From Diplonema japonicum (lineage: Eukaryota > Protista > Euglenozoa: Diplonemea), in assembly GCA_964019335.1 (NCBI GenBank), contig OZ025683.1:310001-374000 (forward strand): DNA of 64,000 nt, in the 5' to 3' direction. How positions within the stretch are numbered: the first letter of the stretch is position 1; every line of letters starts with the position of its first letter. Made by a program: the position numbers and the translations under genes. Positions 53,980 to 62,200 of the stretch are shown piece after piece. The notes beneath the pieces were generated by a model that was not told the DNA's origin, did no database searches, and saw only the letters and a program-made list of their open reading frames with translations.

Positions 53980-55269
53980 ATGCCAAGAAAAATCTCAACT
54001 ATAACACTGCTGCTCGTGACGTCCGCCGCATTGTCAACAGCGATCGATAATGGAATAGGGCTACGCCCCCCAATGGGGTGGAGGTCGTGGAATTCCTTCG
54101 GCGGAGCCATCGACCAAACCATCATGACGAGCATCGTCAACAGGATGACGGAAAAGATCCGCACCGGCAGAAACGGGAACCCAACAAGCCTCGCCGACCT
54201 GGGCTACCTAAACTGCGGGATCGACGACAACTGGCAAGAATGCTGGAGCCCGCTAGGCGTCAATGGAAGCTTCCACACCAGAAACGGCGATCCCATTATC
54301 GCAAGGGACCAATTCCCAAGCTTGAAAAACCTAACCGATTACGGGCATTCCAAAGGGCTTAAAATGGGATGGTACATGAACAACTGTATCTGCAAAGAGA
54401 CGAACTTCCATGACGAAATTTACATTGAAAAACACATGCAAAAATCCGCGGAAGCAGTTGCTTTGAACGGTTTCGACAGTGTGAAGCTAGACGGATGCGG
54501 GCAGTTCAGAAATCTAACATGGTGGGCGAAGTTATTAAACGAAACAGGGCGTCCTATAATGATCGAGAATTGTCATTGGGGGCAGACTGTTCCGGGACAG
54601 ACGGATGGTGATGCACCGTGCACCGGTCTTGGTTTCCCTTCAGACTGTCCGTACAATTTTTTCAGAACCTCTTTTGACATCAAAGCCACGTTCAACTCAA
54701 TGTTCGCGAATTTACAATCGGTTGCAAAATTCGGAGGAGACCCACCTTTGTCAAGGCCCGGATCGTGGGCCTACCCGGATATGCTAGAAGTCGGCAGGCT
54801 TCTTACTTCAGCTGAAGATCGTACGCATTTCGCTGCTTGGTGTATTGTGTCGGCTCCATTAATCCTTGGTTATGATTTGAACGATATAGCTATGACGGAA
54901 CATCTGTGGCCGATTATTGGAAATGAGGATGCGATCAAGGTGAACCAAGCATGGGCGGGGCATCCTGGGAGATTGGTTAAATCGTGGGACCCAGCAGGCC
55001 CTTTAGGCCCTAACGGCATTGTTCTTCAAATCTGGTCCAAACCCCTCGAGGAAAACAACGATCTCGCCATCCTCATCATCAATAACACCACCGAGGTGGA
55101 GTACACCGTATTCGTTAACTTCACCGATTACGGGATTGCACCGTCCACTTCTGTTACAATCTATGACATCTACCAGCACAGGGACGTGGCGTCAGGTGTG
55201 GCCGCGAACTTCACCACGGATATGATTAAGCCACATGACTGCAGGTTTTTAATTCTGAAGCCGGAATAG
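53980..55269 (+). CDS. Secreted GH27 alpha-galactosidase / alpha-N-acetylgalactosaminidase
   Basis: Signal peptide; DNGIGLRPPMGWRSWN, IDDNW, VKLDGC (nucleophile), RTSFDI, YPDMLEVG, SAPLILG. Confidence 0.93.
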   Translation: MPRKISTITLLLVTSAALSTAIDNGIGLRPPMGWRSWNSFGGAIDQTIMTSIVNRMTEKIRTGRNGNPTSLADLGYLNCGIDDNWQECWSPLGVNGSFHTRNGDPIIARDQFPSLKNLTDYGHSKGLKMGWYMNNCICKETNFHDEIYIEKHMQKSAEAVALNGFDSVKLDGCGQFRNLTWWAKLLNETGRPIMIENCHWGQTVPGQTDGDAPCTGLGFPSDCPYNFFRTSFDIKATFNSMFANLQSVAKFGGDPPLSRPGSWAYPDMLEVGRLLTSAEDRTHFAAWCIVSAPLILGYDLNDIAMTEHLWPIIGNEDAIKVNQAWAGHPGRLVKSWDPAGPLGPNGIVLQIWSKPLEENNDLAILIINNTTEVEYTVFVNFTDYGIAPSTSVTIYDIYQHRDVASGVAANFTTDMIKPHDCRFLILKPE

Positions 55270-55472
55270 CAATGTTGATAACGAGCATTTTTTTTTTTTT
55301 TCTTCTTCTTTTTTTTTTTTGATGAAAGCAAGGAGATCAACGAGAGCCCCAATTTTTTCTTTTTCTTTATTATTATTATTATTTTTTTTTTTTTGGAGGG
55401 ACGATTCTCAAACTAATTTCTCCTTCGCCGCCGTCATGCTGTTTGTTTTTTTTCCTTTTTTAATATTAAAAA

Positions 55473-55673
55473 GGTGGTGGGGATAATTGTTCGCTGTTGA
55501 CCTCCTCGTCGGTCATCACCGGTAGCGCCCGAGTGGAAGAACGTAATGCAGATGCTCAGGGTCCCCCACGAGCGCAGAATCTTGGTTACCCGGGACGTCC
55601 CGGCTGGGGTTGAGCTGTACACCGCACGCATTAAGGACACGACGCGGAACGCAGAAGAAGCTACAACTCGGCG
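55473..55673 (+). ncRNA. Candidate HDV-like self-cleaving ribozyme
   Basis: P1 GGUGGUG/CAUCACC, P3 ACC/GGU, L3 UCCUCGUC, P1.1 GG, extended P4, J4/2 GCUA, imperfect P2 CGCUGUUG/CAAC-UC-GGCG. Confidence 0.6.
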
Positions 55674-55748
55674 CGGTGCGCCCCCTGTAATCAAGTAGAC
55701 AGTTCTTGTGCAGGGCGCCGCCAACACCGGCCTCCTTTAACTCATATA
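55473..55748 (+). mobile_element. Apparently full-length ~275-bp SINE-like retroposon
   Basis: GC-rich structured island in an AT spacer; three shorter copies in the window share its 3' end. Confidence 0.7.
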
Positions 55749-56333
55749 TAATATTTTTATTGTTCCTCTTTTTTTCCCTTTCTATTCCGCTATACACAGA
55801 TAGCTTGGAAACACACCTGGAGGGAACGAGAGGCGCAGAACCAACGTAAAAGAGCTTCTTTTTTTTTTTAAGTGAGCGCCCCTATGCACACTGAAAATTT
55901 GGTCGAGTTTTTTTTTTTTAATTCAGAAAAAAAAAAAAAAAAAAAAGAAAGTTGTTTCGGCAAAAGCGCAATAAAAGTAAAAAGAAAAAAAAATATATAT
56001 ATTAGGTATAATATTGTTTCTTTTTTTTTTTTTTTTCCTTCTCTTGGCGCATACAAATCAAAAGTACATCTTTTTTTTTTTCTTTCTTCCTTGCAAACCC
56101 TCTTCTACTTTTCGATGAAAATAGTGATGTTGCCTGAACTTTGTTGTTCCATCCGTTAGGGAGGTACTTCTTGTTTGTTTTTTTTTTTTTTTTTTTATTT
56201 TCTTCCGTGTCCCCCTCTCCCCCTTGTTCTTCGATATCGTTGTATCACCAATGAAAAAAAAATTTTTTTTTAATTTTTTTTTTATTGTTTCTCATCCATT
56301 TTCATCGAAGCACAACAAACAACAACAACAAAC

Positions 56334-57176
56334 ATGTGCTGGTCAGTCCCCGTTGCGGGGGCTTTCGCTTCTTTCGAAACGCTGATGCTTCTGAGCATCG
56401 TCTTGCGTACCCGTGTGGAGCCCTTCAAGAGCTTCTTCGGGGAGCAGCTTTCAGAAGTACGACACAAAGACAACATGATCCTGCCAATGCTGCTGACGAT
56501 CAACATCGTCGAATGGTCCGAAATGCTAATCTGGCTGACAGACCCCAGCGACCTGTCCGAACAAAACTGCAACGGTGCGAACAGATTCTTCACATCAGTG
56601 TGCGGAATAGTAGTGTGGTTCCAGCCATCCTTCACCATGATGTATGCAAGGTTCACCGGTCCTGCCGATGAACGCCCTCGCTTCACGATCCCGTTGTGTT
56701 TAGCATGGTTGACAACAGCTGGTTGGATGTTGCGATTGATATTGGGTGAGACGGGTATTGGAACCCACAGTAACAATGCACCAATGGCGCTGTCATGGCC
56801 GCACACCTGTTCATATCGTGGTCCTTACGGCCACCTTGAATGGAGGTTTCGCTTGGCCGCGATACCTACTCTCCCCACTATGTTCTCTTATCATCTCTTC
56901 TTCAACGTCGCTCTTGCGTTCCATTGGTTCCCGATCGGGCTCTTCGCGGCGTCCGGTTCTGTCATTACTCTCATCATCGAGTTTGCTGCTGTTAACGGAT
57001 CTAACGAAGCATGGTCCATATGGTGCTGGACGGGCATGCTCTTCATAGGATTTTACTGGTTTGCGAACATGCTTCCCAACGATCTGCGGTCTGTTGTTGC
57101 AGGCGGCGGTGGCAGCTCTCGTGGATTAGCAGGGGCGGATGTCCCGATGACGGGCGGACCGGAACTGGAGAAATAA
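56334..57176 (+). CDS. DUF5765-like multi-pass membrane protein
   Basis: MCWS N-terminus, E-x-L-I-W, FQP, GHLEW, EAWSIWCW pattern; about 7 TMs. Confidence 0.7.
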   Translation: MCWSVPVAGAFASFETLMLLSIVLRTRVEPFKSFFGEQLSEVRHKDNMILPMLLTINIVEWSEMLIWLTDPSDLSEQNCNGANRFFTSVCGIVVWFQPSFTMMYARFTGPADERPRFTIPLCLAWLTTAGWMLRLILGETGIGTHSNNAPMALSWPHTCSYRGPYGHLEWRFRLAAIPTLPTMFSYHLFFNVALAFHWFPIGLFAASGSVITLIIEFAAVNGSNEAWSIWCWTGMLFIGFYWFANMLPNDLRSVVAGGGGSSRGLAGADVPMTGGPELEK

Positions 57177-57182
57177 GGAGAC

Positions 57183-57220
<38 letters not shown>

Positions 57221-57245
57221 AAAATTAATAAAGGCTGTGTTTTAA

Positions 57246-57277
57246 ACCCTTATGCGCCCCCCCAGGGAATTGGGTCA

Positions 57278-57321
<44 letters not shown>

Positions 57322-57563
57322 GCCTTTCGTCGGCAAGCATTACTTTTGAAAATCTGCGGGAAAAAAAGTCATAGAGAAAAAGAAAAACCGGAAAATACCC
57401 ATTTTTTTTGGGGGGTGTCGCTCAGCATTCTGCACCTCGAGCTATGAAGTTTCAGATCTGAAACAAAAAGTACATGCAGCGCAGACTTTCAACATTCCAT
57501 TATTTTTTTTCTGGATAACCAGAGAAGGCCACCACCCATTAACTGCTTCTGGTGCATAAGGGT
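57246..57563. mobile_element. piggyBac-type MITE
   Basis: TTAA|ACCCTTATGCGCC ... GGTGCATAAGGGT|CTAA; the CCCTTATGC end is shared with the 38035 element. Confidence 0.65.
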
Positions 57564-57801
57564 CTAAAGAAAAAAAAATGCACTCACTGTGCCCCTGCTA
57601 AGTGAGCTTAACCTTTTTAATCGCTAACCCACCCCCTCCCTCGTTTCTACGATATATCATGAGAAAACGGAAAAAAAAAAAGAAAAAAAAAGAAGCAGTC
57701 TTTTTTTTTTTTTTTTTTTTTTTTAAATTCTCCTCCCTTCTAAAGTTTTTTATTTCTTCTTCCCTTTTTTTTTTTTTTTAGAAGACGAAAAATTGGGGGA
57801 A

Positions 57802-59160
57802 AAATAGCTATTTATTCCGGGGCAATAAAGTAGGGTTTATTTCCCCGAGACAGATTGTGGCTCCCGAGGACATAAAAATTGGTTCCGAGGGGCTAGGACA
57901 ATCTGTCGAGGGAAAAGGTGAACCCTACTTTACCCCGGAATACGGCGTTTTATTTACAGTTTATTTTCCCGAGGCCTAAATTCTCAAAGAGCGGGACGTG
58001 GTTTCCGGAATACGCTGGACTATCACGCTTGTTTGTAGAATGAAAAAATAAAAATGGCAAAAGAAAAGAAAAAAGGGGTGGAGTGGGTACTATCTACTCC
58101 TGGCGTGTGCGGATGTTGATATTGATGTTGACGTCCTGTGACTGGCTTGGGCTGGTCTGTATTTGACTCAAAAGTCCTGCCATGTGTTGCACACTGCTTG
58201 TGCTCTGTTCCACGTACATTGCTGGCATGCTTGTGTTTCTCCATCCAAAATGTGATTGCATCTCATGGAGATAGATGCGCCGTTTTCAGCACCAGCTGTG
58301 GCCGCAGAACGTCGAAAAGTGTGTGACGTAAACTTGGATATCTCATTAGCGGGATGCCACATCGTACCCCAGTTTGTATACCTTGTTTTTGCCAATGGGC
58401 GTTCCTCTCTCCGAAAGGAACAGACGCTTGGTCTCTTCTTAGGTCGTAGCAACAAGTACTGGTCCATTGCTGATGCATAAATGCTAGACATGTGGAATTT
58501 TGTGTGCCCACCCGTCTTTGAACGTGCTGCGGTGCAGATAAAACTCCCATCAACTTGATTCTTAACAATGTCGCTGATTTCCATCGACACCACTTCGCAA
58601 GCTCTCATGCCCCCGCTAAACATGCAAGCAACGATAGCGGCGGTAGCGGTCCCTTTTTTTTGTTCAATATAATCTTGAACCTCGTCACTTGATAAAGTGG
58701 CAGCCACGTGACGCTCTTCGTTACGGTCCCAGGACTTTAACAAAGACGTCAAGCGAGGCCAAGCTTGTAGTTTGCAGTTGTACTTGGCTTTGAAGGTTGC
58801 GTTCAATTTGGAGTAAAGACACCAGAGGCTCGATGCCTTGAGCCCGGCTTCCCTCCTGCTTTGGAAGTAGGTCACGATCTTGCTCACGCGGCTTCCCTGC
58901 TATGTTCTCTGACTCGAGCATCGCAGTCCACGCTTTTTCATAGGAAGGGTTCTTTTATGTGTTTGACTCATAGATCTCTTCCATGCATTCTTGCTTTTTG
59001 GCATCTTTGATAAAAAAAAAGAGCTGGAAGAATTATGTTAGTTTATTTCCCCGCCCTGTTAAATTTGGCTTAAAAGTTTATTTGCCCGGGGGGGAACAAC
59101 CCTACCTTACGTTCCCCGCTCTTTGAGAATTTAGGCCGAGGGAAATAAACTGTGAAATAA
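57802..59160 (-). mobile_element. Crypton-like tyrosine-recombinase DNA transposon (decayed)
   Basis: Hairpin 57813-57942; inverted repeats about 57951-58000 / 59110-59160 flanking a lone YR gene. Confidence 0.82.
58094..58950 (-). pseudogene. Tyrosine recombinase pseudogene (CryptonI-like); 5' end approximate
   Basis: SSLWCLYSKL, GGMRACE (R), RSKTG (K), TSHTFRRSAAT (HxxR); after a frameshift HFGWRNTSMPAMYVE (H/W, catalytic Y). At least 3 frameshifts. Confidence 0.88.
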
Positions 59161-59228
59161 AATAAAAAAAAAAAAAAAAAAAAAAAAACAGGCTCCCCCA
59201 CCTCCACCTCCGTTACACCTTAAATGAA

Positions 59229-62200
59229 ATGAAAAGGCTCAAGAAAGAGAAACAGCACGCCGCTGTGGAGGTGCTGGACTGGGATACATTGAATGCGCAC
59301 GTGGCCACGAACACATGCGGGGAAGTGGCGGCGTTGGTGTTATACCAACTAATGATCACGCAGAAGCAGTACCAGTGGGTGTCGGGTGTGCTGAGGCATT
59401 TGCTGAGAAACTTGAGGCGGTTGGATCTGAGCTCTGTCGGGATGGACGACCACAGTTGCACGGTAATTTGCAGGGGGCTCGAAGGAGGCGGGATAAAGCT
59501 ACACTCATTAGTCCTATGTGGAAACTCCCTCGGCCCACCCTCTGCTGTGTCTATCGGCCACTACGCTGCGTCTCTTAACGGGACATCGCTTGAAACCCTG
59601 AAGCTACGTTTCAACAAGCTCCTCTCCCCTGGCGTTGGGACCGTGATGAAACGTATCGCCAACCACCCTTCTCTCCGTATCTTGGATCTTGGCAGCAACG
59701 GTATCACACCGCACCCGTCATTGTGCGAGTCCGTCAAATCCCTCTCATGCTCCTCGAACACCATAAAAAACCTTTCTTTATACGGGAACGAGATCACCGA
59801 TCAAGGCTTGCGGCAACTCAGCCCGTATTTAACCCACCCCCACACCAACCATCTCACAGCGCTTGACTTGTGGACCTGCGGGCTCGGTCCTGACAGCGGT
59901 ATCGTTCTATCCAGTATTGTACAGTCGTGCAAAACCCTTCAAGAACTGAAGGTTGGAAACAACCAGCTTTCTGACAAAGGTGTAAAGCGGCTCTGCAACG
60001 GGATCATCAAGTCGAGGTCGTCCCGTCTTGCGTTGGTCGATGTCAGCGCGAACATCTGCGGCGACGACTGCACCTCGATGGTAGTCTCTATGATACAACG
60101 CTCCTCCGTCCGAACCCTCAACATTAGGGACAACCAGCTCTCGCTTGATGGGTGTCTCAGCCTCCTGAACGCCAGCATTGCAGGCCCTACTATGAGGCTG
60201 CTCAATGTTGCCAGGAACCACCTCACTGTGACGGACTGCGATATGATTTATGTGGCGGCCCATGGGTGTGAGACCTGCAGTGTTACATTCGCGCCTTTCC
60301 AGTCGGATGCTCAATTCAATCAACGGACTTACAACCCTGCCAACACCTTGAACAGCCTTCTCAGCATCATCACTGACGACACCACCATCCCATTCACACC
60401 GCAAAAGCAAAGCGTCTCTAACTCCGAAATTATCGTTTCACCGCCCACACCGACACCTGAGCCAAGCGCTAAGAGGAGAACGCGCCACCGCCAGCAGCAC
60501 CCCCACCAGTCGAACGTGATACATGAGAAGGTCTCGTTGGCTGACATCCTGAACGGGCAGTCCGCGTTCGAGCCCGACCCTGTTCCCACGGGTGCGCGAC
60601 ATCAGCCGCAAAGTTATCATCAACAACATAATCAACAGTATCCTCAAGATGTTCACCACCACCAGGGTCAGGGTCAGAGCCAGCATCAACAACACCACTA
60701 CCAACAGCGTTATGAGGAATATCAGCATTCCCAGCAGCACCGCCCCAGTAGTGCTAACCCCGTGCCCTCGGGAAGGTCGTCGGTTGCGTCTGATTTCAAT
60801 GTGCACAACCTGACAGGGACTGCTGACCCTTCCATCGAACACGAGTCTTTCGCGTCACTAGCTGCTGCCGTCCAAAGCTTCGACCCCACACGTCACCACG
60901 GCAAGGTTACCCTCGACGACCTTGCTTCGAGGCAGGACGCCCTGCCGTTGAATAGCATTATCGCAAGCCAACGCGAAGACCACGCGTCCCTCAATGACAG
61001 CCTCGACGACAGCATAGTGCGTGAGTTACAAGAGGTCTTCCCCAACACCACCGAGGTGTCGCACGACGTCATCCCGCTGCACGCGGAGGAGCTCTTCATG
61101 GACGCCCCACAGGGACGCTCGGTGGAGGTCTTGCAGATGAGCGATCTGTTTTATCGGGAGGAGGGGGCCCCTATCAGTGACCTGGTGGCACTATCCGAAG
61201 AACCTGATGCCAAAGCTCCTCAGCACTATGCTCAGCATCAGTACCACCAGCGTGAAAAGCCTGCGCAGGACCAGTTCATGAGGCAAGAAGATCTCAAACA
61301 GGAGCACAATCAGCACCAACATCACCAGTCGCATGCACAAAACGAGTCGCAACAACACCAACACCAGCATCACCAACACCAGCATCACCAACACCAGCAT
61401 CACCAACACCAACATCAACACCATCATAAGCAGATGCACCAGCACGCATATCAACATCAGCAACATCACGACCAACAACATCAGCACCAATTGCACCACC
61501 ACCAGCATCACCACCAACCGCATCACCACGAGGAGCAGCAACTGCATGAACACGGACACCAGCAGCACGAGCAAGCCCACCAACAGCAACAGCAAGTCGA
61601 ACGTCACCCACACTACCAACAGCACGAGCTCCAACTTCACCACAAACAACACGACCTGCATGACTCGCAGCAACTACATCAGGAACAGTACGAGCACCAA
61701 CAACAGGAGGACTACTCCGAGCAACATCGAGACGACCTTTCCCTCCAACAGCACAGCAACGACTATCGTGCAACCCGCCAGCATGGCGAAGAGCATCCTC
61801 AATATCCACAAGAGCCTGAGTACGACCAGCGTGATTCCACTCTGGATGAACTCGCACAGCTCCAAGTGCATCAAGAGTCTGACCTGCAGCCTGGCTTCCC
61901 TGAGTCCGCTGCGTCCTATGAGGCATCTCAGGGTTGGGGGAGGAAGGAGAGTATACAAGGCAGCGTGCATGGGAGTGTACACGAAAGTGCGCACGGGAAC
62001 GAGATCGATGCCGACATCATTCAGGCCATAGAGGAGGACACTGGTGAAACGGATATGCGGTACTCCCTGTCCCCGGAGGACCACACACACACACCGTCAG
62101 TTGCAGCTGCACCTGCTGCGCCTCCTGTTTTAACAGCGTCTTCTGAAAGGAACATCGCAACCCCGCACTCGATACCAGGGCTCATGCCCACCCCTGTTGT

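Noticed and set aside
58255-58450. Programmed frameshifting in the recombinase
   Set aside because: Several independent shifts plus a stop, with no slippery site; pseudogenisation is more parsimonious.
61333-62031. 232-aa Thr/Asn/Ser-rich ORF
   Set aside because: Alternate frame of the His/Gln tract inside the open LRR reading frame.
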